This document shows, in pieces, positions 50,659 to 62,237 of a stretch of DNA of 64,000 nt (position 1 is its first letter; every line of letters begins with the position of its first letter). Origin of the DNA: Diadema antillarum (Eukaryota). The notes under the pieces are model-generated. The model was given only the letters and a program-made list of their open reading frames with translations, did no database searches and was not told the origin of the DNA. Position numbers and translations under genes: made by a program. The stretch lies in NCBI RefSeq assembly GCF_040938485.1, contig NW_027271016.1:1908436-1972435 (forward strand), in the 5' to 3' direction.

Positions 50659-53511
50659 ATGACTTCTGCTGTAGGTAATGGTTCACAGAGAAAACGTAAC
50701 AGCCTAGATGGTAAGACATTTTCAAACTTTGCCCTCAAAGATGTCTCCTCAAAGAAAGGTGACAAAAAGATTGTAGCCATGTTCCCCCTCAGAGTCTTTA
50801 ATGCTCTCAAGGACATAGTACTTTCTCTCCTGAGAGATCACAGTAGGCTGTACAACTCAAATCTAACCTCCAGCTTAAGCACGACAGGAGCATCCCCAAA
50901 TGAACAACTCGAGATCGCTTTTCTCAATAAGTCAACCAAGACAGGGAGAGCAGGAAGACAAAGACAATTCGAGATAATTCTCCTGTGTACATCTGGCGAG
51001 ATCCAATTTAAAGGGAGATACCTTACCTACCTTGCTGACCCTATCTTTCCATGGATATGTAACCAACTGAAGGAAGCACACCCCAAGCTCTTCCACTCTG
51101 AGGAGCTCCCTACTCTTCTCAAGGATATCAGCAATCACATCAAATCACAACCATCATCAAAACACAATACATCTGGCTCATGCAAGTGCTCCATGGCTGA
51201 TAAGGAAATCACCTGTACCTCATGCGGCACCCATGCATGTGTCAACGCAGTACAGTGCTCTGACTGCAAAAGCTGGCTCCATTACACTTGTACTGGGTTA
51301 CCAAATGAAGAGGTCAAGGAACTCCCTAATCCAGAGTACATCTTCACCTGCTCACCCTGCCAAGATCAAACTCAGAAGTCACTTCCCAGCCCTCCAGAGC
51401 CTCTTGAGTTGCTATGTATCTGCCCTTTTTGTAACCAATTGGCAGATACTGATTCTATGGAATGCAACCTGTGTGAAACATGGTACCACATAACCTGCCT
51501 CCCTCCATCGCTCAACACTCAAAGGGATGTGCTTGACACATGTCCGACATGCTGGTCCTTGGACATGAACACTCCTACATCCACCTCAGTCGGGACGCAA
51601 ACCACACTATCATGGCCCTCAGTACACACATGTATATCACACGCCACTCAGACAAGTCCAAGCAGAGTGCATCGAGCCGTACTGTCGAAGCCCTCCCAAA
51701 CAAAGCTTATTACAATCCCCCTAGATCAGCCTAAAATCTCTAAGGCTTCACAAACCTCAGAGCAGCCTTCGCACTGTCAAGCCTGTCAACCAAGCCAGCC
51801 TAAACAAGATGCTGCGTGTGATCCCCCTGAGGAACATGTACCAATTCCATCTGCATGTAAGTGTGACAGCCTCTCCAAAAAACTCAAGGAAACAAAAGAC
51901 CAACTTGCCGCAAGCAATCTCTCAAAAGATGTACTCTTAGTGCAACACGAACAAGTGACATCCAACCTACAGCAGGCAAGATATGAAATTGAGACCCTCA
52001 AAAGGCTACGCACTTCTGAATCCAACCACAAGAGGGAAGCTCAAAAGCTTGTTGCAGACCTCAGGTCACAACTAGAGGCTAAAGAGAAAGAAATTGTCTC
52101 ACTCCTATCTGCCAATGACCACCTTGTTGCTATCTGTCTGAACCATGACATCGATGAAAATGAACTCCCCACTCCTCCAGAGGAAAGGTACCCAGAGAAG
52201 CAACCCAAGGCGTCAAAGGAACATCATATCCCCCCTGATCATTCTGGACACTTAAGCTCTCTGACTACACACAGAGGATCCTACAAACACTCCCTCACCA
52301 TCTCTAACCGTTTTAGTGTCCTAAGGGACCACGTGACTGATAACCAGTACGCTTCCAAGGACACAAAGGATGATGCCCTAAACCCCAGAAGGCAAAGCAC
52401 TCGCCGTGAACACACACAAGCAGGAGGAGGTCGCAGCAACACTGGTGGGAAGCATCTACACAGAAGCCAGAGCGACCCATGCCTATCCTCCAAGAAATTG
52501 AGTCAGGCAGCGGACACGAGCTGTCGTAATGTGGCTGCAATCGGTAAGAGGACGCACTACCACCAACCCGTCAAACATGATATGCGTGGACACCTTGGAA
52601 CTACTCAACTTGATCGCATCTCCAATGACAGTTACCGTGAGAAAAGCAACAGGACTGCAGATGTTCTGCCTCGACCCATGAGAGAGCCCTCAAAGAGACC
52701 CATATCTCCAGATCCCTGTGGACATAGGTCACCAAACAAAGTAACTGGTCACCCCAACAAAGCTCCCACATCTATGCAAGCAACACTTCCAGCAGGTGGA
52801 TCTGCAAACCCTCATACCTCGGGAAAGACCGCCAAAATAAATGAGAACAGAACTCTCTTCTCAGCAGGACAGATCCAAAGACAAGTAAACCCTACTGGCA
52901 AAACCAACAGTCATCAGCAAACCAGACACTCAGACCCCATGATATCCGGACAGAGACCCTCAGTCACTCAGCCGGATTTCCAAACCAAGCCTGCAAGAAA
53001 CTCGTCAGGACAGGAAACTACTCAAAGCAAACTACATCGACCCAGCAATATCCCATACCAGGCCTCCCTGCATACCTTACATCCTGTGAGCAGGACCAAC
53101 ACCCCAAGGCTACCAAATCCTAATCCTGTCACCCTGCAGAATCCTTCACAAGCTCCTCCCACCCAGTACTCAGCAGGACACACTGATACACGAGCTCATC
53201 ACAGTCAGGGGCTTACACAGCCTCAACAGCCGTACTCCCATCATGGAAATCCCCCCACTGCAGCTAGCTATCCATATCACTTCACTCCAATCCCCTCGGG
53301 TTTTCACCAGGGCAGAGCCTCGGCACTAACACACATATCGCTCTTGGAATCACTCCAGCAGACCGCAGCATGGACCATCCACCTCCTCATGCATCCAGCC
53401 TTTCCCACGGATCAGATGATCCTGTCCAACCTGCACCACCTTCACCAGCAAATATCTCACCTGGCTCGAAGCAGCCTAAGTCTTCTGCCACCCCTGACAC
53501 AGTTAAATTAA
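50659..53511 (+). CDS. LINE ORF1 protein (950 aa): two PHD-type zinc fingers, a coiled-coil segment, and a long basic/Ser/Pro-rich tail.
   Basis: PHD-like C4HC3 patterns: CTSCGTHACVNAVQCSDCKSWLHYTCTGL...FTCSPC and CICPFCNQ...CNLCETWYHITCL...CPTCW. Heptad-like LKETKDQLAASNLSKD...LKRLRTSESNHKREAQKLVADLRSQLEAKEKEIVSLL. Confidence 0.8.
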   Translation: MTSAVGNGSQRKRNSLDGKTFSNFALKDVSSKKGDKKIVAMFPLRVFNALKDIVLSLLRDHSRLYNSNLTSSLSTTGASPNEQLEIAFLNKSTKTGRAGRQRQFEIILLCTSGEIQFKGRYLTYLADPIFPWICNQLKEAHPKLFHSEELPTLLKDISNHIKSQPSSKHNTSGSCKCSMADKEITCTSCGTHACVNAVQCSDCKSWLHYTCTGLPNEEVKELPNPEYIFTCSPCQDQTQKSLPSPPEPLELLCICPFCNQLADTDSMECNLCETWYHITCLPPSLNTQRDVLDTCPTCWSLDMNTPTSTSVGTQTTLSWPSVHTCISHATQTSPSRVHRAVLSKPSQTKLITIPLDQPKISKASQTSEQPSHCQACQPSQPKQDAACDPPEEHVPIPSACKCDSLSKKLKETKDQLAASNLSKDVLLVQHEQVTSNLQQARYEIETLKRLRTSESNHKREAQKLVADLRSQLEAKEKEIVSLLSANDHLVAICLNHDIDENELPTPPEERYPEKQPKASKEHHIPPDHSGHLSSLTTHRGSYKHSLTISNRFSVLRDHVTDNQYASKDTKDDALNPRRQSTRREHTQAGGGRSNTGGKHLHRSQSDPCLSSKKLSQAADTSCRNVAAIGKRTHYHQPVKHDMRGHLGTTQLDRISNDSYREKSNRTADVLPRPMREPSKRPISPDPCGHRSPNKVTGHPNKAPTSMQATLPAGGSANPHTSGKTAKINENRTLFSAGQIQRQVNPTGKTNSHQQTRHSDPMISGQRPSVTQPDFQTKPARNSSGQETTQSKLHRPSNIPYQASLHTLHPVSRTNTPRLPNPNPVTLQNPSQAPPTQYSAGHTDTRAHHSQGLTQPQQPYSHHGNPPTAASYPYHFTPIPSGFHQGRASALTHISLLESLQQTAAWTIHLLMHPAFPTDQMILSNLHHLHQQISHLARSSLSLLPPLTQLN

Positions 53512-56500
53512 GCACATTCAACTCACGAGGCACCACCAGTAGCTCCCTTTTCATACAGCACCTTCTACGCACCTCAGATGTCACATGTATTCAAGAACAC
53601 TGGTCAAATCAACACGGGCTCCAGTCCCTTTCAAACATGGACACCCAATTCCTCACGTTCGCCAAAGCACACGCCGAAGATTCTTACCCAGGCATTCCCA
53701 AGATCGGCAGAGGCAAGGGAGGTCTCGCTACATTCCTTCGCAAAGCAAAATTCATGGACACAAAAGAACTCAGGTGTAACACTACTCGAGTTCTTGCCAT
53801 CTCAACTCGACATGTCTCCACATCTAAGAAGATTCTCATCATTAACTGCTACCTCCCCAGTGGCACCTCACTTGATGAAGTCAACGAGTACCACTTCTGC
53901 TTGTCTACCATCTTGTCACTCCTTAACACCACCGACACAAAGTTTAGTCTGAAAATCGTTGCAGGTGATTTTAATGCAGATATCTCCCGCACTCCACTGA
54001 GAAAGTGCACAGCAGAGATTCTCAAGAGTACCATCATGTCAGAAGACCTTTGTAGTTTGACAGCTCTGAGATGCTCCTCATCTCACTACACCTTCATGTC
54101 CGATGATGGCTCCAGGAAGTCCAACATCGATGGTTTCATCATCCCAAGACGAGATGCAGGGCTATTCCATCACCTCAAAATCATCCTGGAACACCCACTA
54201 AACACTTCAGACCACCGCCCAGTGCTAGTTACTGCACACCTCTCGTCAGATGACCCTGCTACAATTCGGGGATGTGAATCTCATGCAGTGCTGAAGCCAA
54301 AGCCAAATCCAGTCTACCCAGCCCAGAGATACACAGTCCTATGGCCCTCAGACCCCAACAACATTGCAGAACTCTACACTGACCCACTGGAATCCATAGC
54401 GACCTCTCTATTCCGAGACCTACACTCTCTGACACTTGATCCGGATGGCATAGAATGTCTGTCAGCACGTCTTCAGGAGCACATGATGAAACAGTCACTT
54501 AAACTCCCCCACAGAGTTCACAAAGACAGGAAGCAAGGTAAACCACAGTGGACCCAGGAGGTGAAGAGTGCCTACTCACACTCCCTATCAAGCTGGAAAA
54601 AATGGAAACATGCAGGCAAACCAAAAGATGGGCACCCTCTGTGGACGTCATATTTGGAGGCCAAGCGCTCCTTCAGAAGATCCCTCAGGCAAGCAGAAGC
54701 ATCCAAAAGGCTAGCTACACAAGGGAAGTTAGAGCTTGCCAATGAAAGGAATGACACCCTATTCTATAAGCTGATAAAGCTAAATAGGGGCGGTAACTCC
54801 CTAACACAGGACCTCCCCCTCCTGACTTACAAGGACATCACCTTCCATGGTAAGAAGGTCATGGAGGGCTGGCATGCCTATTTCCAAGACCTCTCAGCCG
54901 ATGCCGATAGAGATGATCCACACCCTCCACCTACACGCCACCAAGAGGGTACAGATACTCGACCACCATCCTCTTCTCAGCTCTTCAATGCAACACTTCA
55001 CAATAACAACATGCAAGGCACAGGGGACAACACTCTCACTCTCACTTCACGCCATATCGATGATGCCATCCTGAAGCTCAAGACAGGCAAAGCTCCTGGC
55101 CTCGACAACATCACCACTGAGCACCTGGTCCACTCAGGTCCTATCCTCCGTAGGCTGCTTCTCCTTTTGCTCCAGAACTCCATCAGACTAGGACATATTC
55201 CTGTACCTCTGAAAGAGGCTCTCATCATCCCACTACACAAAGGAGGAAACAAACCGGTTAATGACCCATCCAGCTACAGAGGAATCTCGCTGACCCCAAC
55301 ACTGTCTAAGCTTCTGGAAACAACTCTGAAGCCGAAGATAGAAGACTCTTTAACAGGAGTCAGTATCCCAGACGAACTCCAGTTTGGATTCCAAGCAACC
55401 AGATCCTGTGTGCTTACATCAATCACCCTTCAGCTGATCCTAGAACTCAACTCTGTCCGAAAAAACCCAACATACCTAGCCCTCCTAGATGCAGCCAAAG
55501 CCTTTGACTGTGTATGGCATTCTGGCTTATTCCAGAAGCTCTCCACCACACCAATCCCATCTGAAGTCCAACGCACTCTTGCCGAAATGTACAAAGGAGC
55601 AGCTAGTCGGGTCCTGTGGAAAGGTGAAGTCAGCTCCACTTTCCCACTCCAGAAAGGAGTTCGACAAGGAGGAATCCTCTCCCCCCTTCTATACAACGTC
55701 TTCATAGATGGGCTCATAAAGGTGCTGAGAGCTGAAGACCTGGGCTGCCACTTCCATAATTTGTACGCTGGGGTAGTTGTCTTGGCAGATGACGTTGCTC
55801 TGATTGCCTCGTCAGCAGAAGAGCTGCAAAGGATGCTCGACACTACCCAAACCTATGCCAACACCTGGAAATACAAGATTAACCCTACGAAGAGTGCCAT
55901 CTTAGTCTTCAGCCACAAATGCAACAATACTCACACCTGGCATCTGAACAACGAGCAAATCCAGGAAGTCAACCAGCACCCCCACCTAGGCATCACCAAA
56001 TCAACACAACCTGTAGACCCAATTCCCAACATCATCACCAAGGGATATAATACACTGTTCTCCCTCATTGGAGGATCAGCCTCGCGGAACAACTTCTGGC
56101 CACCCATCATTGCAAAGCTCTGGTCCGCTTACTGTATCCCCAGGATGTTGTATGGGATTGCCGTTGTGAGGCTCAACAAACGTTCTCGGGAGAAGCTTGA
56201 CTCCGCACAGGCTCTCCTCTTCAAGAAACTCCTTGGCCTCCCCAAAAGTGCTGTTAATGAAGCTGTGTTCCTTCTGACAGGCATCCTTCCTCTCTCCCTT
56301 CATGCTGATCTCTTCACTATCCTCTCCCTCGGACAACTAGTCACACTGCCTTCAGACAGGTTCGAGCACAGGATCCTTCTCCATGCACTTGCAAGCAACA
56401 CCCCCTCCATCCCCTACTGGAAGCAGCTTCTTACCAAGCTGAATTTACCCCCTCTCCTCTCAGACACCCCCAACATCGACTACCAAAGCTGGAGAAGGCT

Positions 56501-57035
56501 GTGTCGTCAAGCTGTCCACAATTACCACATTGCACGGATTCGCCTTGCCGTAGATACTAGGCACTCCCTTGTTCTATGGAAACAGTGCAGAAGCCTGCCA
56601 ACCCCTACTAGTCTGTTTCCAGCTTCCCTGCCTCCACACCTCCGCAATGCCTCAAGACTCCGCTCCCAGCTCACAACTGGCACCTACCCAACACAGTACC
56701 GCCTGATGTCCATAGGCAAGTCCTCCACCCCCATCTGCAGACTCTGTGGAGAGGAGGAGGAGAACACAACCCACTTTGTTGCTTCCTGTCCAACCCTTCA
56801 GACCCATAGAGCTGCTTTGATTCAGCACATCAGTGCACTCAACCCTCCAGACCAAGTCATCCAGGATTTCACAGCAAATGACATCTTCATCTTCACCACT
56901 AGCACTCTGTTTCCCTGTCTCTCATTACCTACCTCTCTCTCTGCTGATATTACGACCCACTGCCTCCGATACATTCTCAAAATTCACCTTGCACGCCTGA
57001 ACCTTATATCACAGCTCAACGCGGATAACCGCTGA
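53370..57035 (+). CDS. LINE ORF2 protein (1221 aa): apurinic-like endonuclease, then reverse transcriptase, then a C-terminal Cys/His motif.
   Basis: Endonuclease: TCIQEHW, IINCYLPSG, IVAGDFNADI, SDHRPV. RT: ...LLDAAKAFDCVWHSGL (motif A) and LADDVALIA (motif C, YADD-like). C-terminal CRLCGEEEENTTHFVASCP (CX2CX8HX4C). The frame is open throughout. Confidence 0.85.
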   Translation: MDHPPPHASSLSHGSDDPVQPAPPSPANISPGSKQPKSSATPDTVKLSTFNSRGTTSSSLFIQHLLRTSDVTCIQEHWSNQHGLQSLSNMDTQFLTFAKAHAEDSYPGIPKIGRGKGGLATFLRKAKFMDTKELRCNTTRVLAISTRHVSTSKKILIINCYLPSGTSLDEVNEYHFCLSTILSLLNTTDTKFSLKIVAGDFNADISRTPLRKCTAEILKSTIMSEDLCSLTALRCSSSHYTFMSDDGSRKSNIDGFIIPRRDAGLFHHLKIILEHPLNTSDHRPVLVTAHLSSDDPATIRGCESHAVLKPKPNPVYPAQRYTVLWPSDPNNIAELYTDPLESIATSLFRDLHSLTLDPDGIECLSARLQEHMMKQSLKLPHRVHKDRKQGKPQWTQEVKSAYSHSLSSWKKWKHAGKPKDGHPLWTSYLEAKRSFRRSLRQAEASKRLATQGKLELANERNDTLFYKLIKLNRGGNSLTQDLPLLTYKDITFHGKKVMEGWHAYFQDLSADADRDDPHPPPTRHQEGTDTRPPSSSQLFNATLHNNNMQGTGDNTLTLTSRHIDDAILKLKTGKAPGLDNITTEHLVHSGPILRRLLLLLLQNSIRLGHIPVPLKEALIIPLHKGGNKPVNDPSSYRGISLTPTLSKLLETTLKPKIEDSLTGVSIPDELQFGFQATRSCVLTSITLQLILELNSVRKNPTYLALLDAAKAFDCVWHSGLFQKLSTTPIPSEVQRTLAEMYKGAASRVLWKGEVSSTFPLQKGVRQGGILSPLLYNVFIDGLIKVLRAEDLGCHFHNLYAGVVVLADDVALIASSAEELQRMLDTTQTYANTWKYKINPTKSAILVFSHKCNNTHTWHLNNEQIQEVNQHPHLGITKSTQPVDPIPNIITKGYNTLFSLIGGSASRNNFWPPIIAKLWSAYCIPRMLYGIAVVRLNKRSREKLDSAQALLFKKLLGLPKSAVNEAVFLLTGILPLSLHADLFTILSLGQLVTLPSDRFEHRILLHALASNTPSIPYWKQLLTKLNLPPLLSDTPNIDYQSWRRLCRQAVHNYHIARIRLAVDTRHSLVLWKQCRSLPTPTSLFPASLPPHLRNASRLRSQLTTGTYPTQYRLMSIGKSSTPICRLCGEEEENTTHFVASCPTLQTHRAALIQHISALNPPDQVIQDFTANDIFIFTTSTLFPCLSLPTSLSADITTHCLRYILKIHLARLNLISQLNADNR

Positions 57036-58539
57036 TCTCCGAATACCGGAGGAAGAACAAGCAAGAAGAAGAAGTACTGTGCGTGCCCTGCGCATTGCAT
57101 TGGTAGAGCCCAGAGCAGAGGTCTGCTCCAGCTCCTCCAGCTATGAATTTATGATGATTGTATGCGCACCCTGCGCAATGCATTAGTAAATGCTTCTCCG
57201 GCTATGAATTATGATTGTTGCTCGTCTAGAAAATCTCTACAGTCTTGCATCGCAGATTGAATGGCATGAAGACACGACCTGTTCTTAGCTCTTCAGTTTT
57301 GCAACTGTAAGTTCATCTTCATTGAGAATGTAAAGATGATGTAGTACTAGGATTCGTTAGCATTCTAGTGTGTCAAAAAATTTTCCCCAGCGATATTCAG
57401 ATCATACTTTCAATAAGTTTCATTCAGTGGTCTACCACTACTAGTAATAGCTTACAGGATTAAATATTACACTCTACAGAAAGTTTCTCTTGGCTCTAGT
57501 TTGAAAGTAAAAACACATCTTGTTGTTGTTTTTGTTTTGTATTGTTTTGTTTTTTGTTTTTGCATACAATTCATGCGCTGACTTTTGATGACATCTACAT
57601 GTACGTTTTTGTATCTTTTTGGTTTTGTTTGTTTTAACCTGTTGAGGACGAGACCCGAGTATACTCAGGCAGGTGTTTATATGGGATATGCATGTTGTAG
57701 CAAAATCAGTCCGTCCTCAACAGGTTAATTTTCATGAGGGGTGTCTGGGTCCGGCATCAGTGAAATGTTCCTCCCACCTGATTGTTTATTCATTTATTTT
57801 TATTATTATTATTATTATCTTTTTTTGGGGAGGGGGGGGGGGGGGAGGGTTGCATCTTCTCGACAATCTGGCTCTGTGTATTAAGCATATTTCTCAGTCT
57901 CAAGAGACTTTACCCACTCCCCTAAATGGGGTCAGCAAAGTCAAATATCTACTGAGCTCAGCCCTGTTCACTGTGTATATCTACATATAGAGTTTTACAG
58001 CAAAACTGTTACAGTCATTTTTGTAGGCAACACAGCACAAATTTATATGAACTAAGGCTATAAAGAATGCAGGCACTTCTGTCTACATTTTGGGAACCCT
58101 GTAAACCAGGTTCCCGTATATCAGTTAATGCCACAGGGACCTGGTATATGGTACGTACTTGGTTCCCGTAAGGAACGGGTTAATTGATAAACAAACTTTC
58201 AGTCACAGTTGATGCAATGTCGATCATGGGGGTCAATGTTGATTGCAAACTGTAAAGTCAGAAAACATGAGATTTTTCATTGTGTTCCATTTTGATTTTC
58301 AGACTCCAAGATTAAATTTCCAGTGACATATAAATCTGCCCCACTTTATTTCGTAATAACCTACCACAAAAGTAGCAAGAAACTCTGCTACCAGACAAAC
58401 AAAGCTAGAAACATCAATATTTCAAATTTCAAACAAGGTAGCTAGCTCCCATTGTGTCAAATGTTTGATGATGGATGACAGTGAAATTTCTCATTTTTCA
58501 GCTAAGTCACTTAAATCCATATGCATAACCTTTTGCTTG

Positions 58540-59280
58540 TGCCCATACCTTTTGCTTGTCCCGCACAAGCAATTGCTTGCGTTTTCAACAAAAGGGATGT
58601 CACGCCTGTGCGAACACAAGAACAAAGGCGAGTGTGACAGCATGTATTTGAAAGGGTGTGTGTGTGCGAAACAATTCCTGACATAGCAATAGAGCTATGA
58701 AATGGCACTCATAAATGCGCACACAGACGCACACACACATGCATCTATACACACACATGTACTGGCTGATTCCCATCACAAATAGAGATAGCCTGGATCC
58801 GCCAGATCTCACATGGAGAGAGGTCTCCTTGCTCTCCACCGAAGTCAGACATCTACCTGTTTTTCATCACATTTTGCGTGCTGACCACTGGACTTTCCCG
58901 TTGTTGAAATGAAAAAGTTTCTAACACTGCTAAAGAGTAATTTCTTGTAAATTTATACCACTCCTGCACAAGTGTGGTCTTTCTTATATGAATGTGAAAA
59001 TGAAACTTAAAAGGGAACGTCCAAGTTAAGCAAAAGCTCAAGTTCATTTTGCAGAGCTTGGAAAACCGTAAGCAATTGCTAGCAAGAACAAGCAGAAGGT
59101 ATGCTTTATGCATGACACGTTTTTAAGCAAACGCTTGGTCTCTAAGCAATTGCTTGCGGGCAGCAAGCAATTGTTTGTGCTTGCTAGCAAAAGCTTCTGC
59201 TTGCAAGCAATTGCTTGTTTTTATGCATATGGATTCGAGTAAAAGGCTAGAACAAGCAATTGCTAGCGTTTATGCATCCG
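58540..59280. repeat. Cluster of at least 9 copies of the palindromic motif (A)GCAATTGC(T)(TG) within ~740 bp.
   Basis: gcacaagcaattgcttgcg, gtaagcaattgctagcaag, taagcaattgcttgcgggcagcaagcaattgtttgtgcttgctagcaaaagcttctgcttgcaagcaattgcttg, acaagcaattgctagcg. Confidence 0.7.
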
Positions 59281-60639
59281 GCCCAATGACACTGTCTGTA
59301 TTTACTTATCATACACTCAGCCCTTCATATGTATGCCTGTGGACACATTGTAACTCTAACTTGCCAAGTAATTTTAGTTGGCATTCATTGTATGCCCCTG
59401 AAGCTTGCCTGATGAAGTGAGCTTTTGAAGACAAACCACTCAAGTGAAGTGATTCTTCAGAAAAGGCCTTGGTGATACAATGGGACTGAGTGGGATTACA
59501 GAATTCCTTTTCATTGTTTCCCATAATAATTGCCTGTGAATACGTGCACATCTAGGGCCTATATATACTGTATAAATATGAGCTCTTTCAGATCATAGAT
59601 AAGTCTCTCCTTTAATCATGTTTTTGAATCATGATTGTAATTTATGCAACATTCAGACACTTGAATGTAATCATGTTTATGAATCGTGATTGTAATCTTC
59701 ATGAGTTGTGGAGGTACATGTTTCATGACCTGTCAATCAAACCCACAATGTGTGCAGTAGCTAGTGTAGTGCAAGCAGATTACGTACATTTTGGGGAAAG
59801 TAAATAATACAATTGAGCTAAGCTCTTCCTCCTCAATCATATTTTGGAGGTCATAGTGTAGTAGACGGGAAGTGTGCACCACAAATCTAGCAAGTCAAGA
59901 TTTGAAAGCACTTGCAGACCTTGATTTGCAAATCAAGAGTCTAAAATCAAAGTTACAATTATTTGCTCTCAGATGCCAAAAATATCTCAATCAAGGATCT
60001 TCTTTAATAGAGTCATATTATAATCATGATTACAAAAGTTATTTTTTAGTGTCTGTAAGGGGGTATAATGAATGCAAACAAGGGAGAATAAGGGTTAACC
60101 TTACAGTACGATTGTCATAGAGCCTACATTAAAAAGGTAATACTGGTGATAAGAATTATTCAGAATATCAGATTTCTTCAAATCCCATCAGGGCAATAAA
60201 ACATCCACTCTTTGCATGTCATGGTTGTAATGCATTAATTATCAATTTAGGCCTATGTGACAAGTACAGGTACAGAAAACATCTTATGAAAACAATTAAT
60301 AGGGGTATTGATGCAACAGATGCACACTGATAGACAGAGTAACTCAGACAGCAATGTTATCTGTTCGTATGCGTTAAAGCGATGACAAGACATAAAAGTC
60401 TCTGTGGTAGGTACAGTTACCATGAAACAAAACAAGATTTGGAAGTACATGTATGTTTGTCTCAATCGATTGTAGACTTCTGCCGCATTTTTGTTCCATT
60501 CTTAAAAGCTGATATTTAAACTTGCAAAAAGAAGTGGATATAGGTTATTGACAAGACTACCCAATGACTATAGGCCTATTGTAAGAGTGTCTCCAAGAAG
60601 TTTTTTTTCCCACTTTTTTTTCCCGTATCTCAGTGTATT

Positions 60640-61150
60640 TCATGAAACTTAATAGTACATGTGCATGTACTGATTGGCAGTGATTATCTAGGGAATTTTG
60701 GGGTCATAGGTCAAAGGCCAGGGGGTCAAAGGTCTAGGTCAACTCCTCAAAAATTTCACTTTTCCCTCATATTTATGCAATGCCTGCAAGCTTTTTCTTG
60801 AAACTTAGTGTATATGTACATGTATTATCGAATGGAGATTCTCTGGGAAGTTTTTTGCCAAAAAGGTCAAAGGTCAAGTGAAAGTGCTAAATTTCACTTC
60901 TTCCACCATATCTCTGAAGTGGCTCAAGATATCATCATGAAACTTAGTACACATGTGTGCATGTTCTGCCTGACAGTGATTCTCTTGGGAATTTGGGGGT
61001 CATAAGTTCAAAGGTCAAGGGTCAGAGGCCAGGTTAAAATGCTAACAATTTACTATTCAATGCTGAAAGTGCATTTTTTCTCCACACCTTGAAAATTAAT
61101 CAATGCATAAACTTATAAAAGGGTCCAAAGTCAAGTAAAAATCGTCAAAT
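60640..61150 (-). repeat. Inverted-orientation copy of the TGACCT-containing tandem-repeat family (aggtcaaaggccaggggtcaaaggtctaggtcaa...).
   Basis: Units ...gaaacttagtacacatgtgcatgt...gggtcataggtcaaaggcca... repeat about three times. Homologous to 25190..25790 on the opposite strand. Confidence 0.65.
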
Positions 61151-62237
61151 TCCCAAATACATGCTCTTGTTGAAAAAATAGCCGTTCATCCAATTATACC
61201 TAGTTCAAAAAGTGAACATTCAACACATTTGTGACAGACATGTCGTTCTAATATTTTGTCTTTTATGTGAAACTGTGATCACAGCTCAATTTATAGAGCT
61301 TTTAGGAGAATCGTGCATTATGGCGGAGGCACATCTGTCGCCATAGTCACATTTCTAGTTCAGTCTACACTTGTTAATTCTATTTCCTCTAAAACATGAT
61401 GGGTGCATACACACGTAATTGATATCATATGCTCTTCCATGTAAGCCTATCAAGAGTTGGGAGTATTTGATTGACAAGCTGGGAGTTTGTGACACAGCTG
61501 AATGTATCGATGGAATAATGCTCGCTGCCAGCCACAGGCGAGGAGTCTCATTTCAGTGTCAACAATGGCTCGTGTCCTTGGATACGATAAGATAAATGCA
61601 TTTTAGAAATGCGATTACAAACGAGAAATTGTCGTAGTCTGAAATCCCTCTGAGACTCAGAGAATGTCTGGAGGCCAGGTTTTGTTGTCGTTATAAATTG
61701 CTCTACGCAAACCATCCATCTGCACTAGCGCTGTGCAGAGACCGCAGGTTGGCTGTGTTTGGGCGTCGTTGCCTGTAATAAACAGATCTCCTCCCACGCT
61801 GAGGAGTGGTCGGTGATACCTGTCTCTTCCATTGTTGTTATTGCGCGACATTCCAATATGAGATTCATTCCTTCAGGCCACGCCAGTGACTGGAAATGTA
61901 TGCTAGCAATTTGCGGAAAGGTGATATACTTGATTAGAGACATCCAAGGTTGAAATGGTTCATTCCTGTGACAAGATTAATGTCTTAGTCGAGTATATAT
62001 TACTGTGCAGTAACAATATTATGCAGGTCAGATGAGCCATTTACCCATCTTTAGTAGAGCATAAAATATAAATAACTAAAATACTCTGCTGGACAAGTTT
62101 AGAATGGATTTGCCAAATAACAGGCCCTACATTTCATTTTAGGTCTTTATTAACATATTAACTGTATTGAGCAATAGTGTAGGCTCTATTCAGATTTGAA
62201 AGAAAAAGTTTCAAGGTTTTGTTTTGCTGCAATATTA

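Larger units (their letters stand above)
49880..57565 (+). mobile_element. Full-length non-LTR (LINE) retrotransposon with two intact overlapping ORFs. It has a 5'UTR with ~30-bp tandem subrepeats and a 3'UTR ending in a T/G-rich (TTGTTTT-like) microsatellite tail. Boundaries are approximate.
   Basis: ORF1 and ORF2 overlap in different frames, the typical LINE arrangement. APE endonuclease and RT motifs in ORF2. No LTRs or TIRs. Tandem monomers at 50160..50460 (ctgttgcatgc... units). Tail cttgttgttgtttttgttttgtattgttttgttttttgtttttg at about 57520..57565. Confidence 0.75.

Noticed and set aside
57639-57725. Short inverted repeat (aacctgttgaggacg / cgtcctcaacaggtt) shared with 19280..19300, with a conserved SVRPQQVN peptide in two ORFs.
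   Set aside because: Most simply a small dispersed repeat fragment. The peptide identity comes from DNA repeat identity, with no other coding evidence.
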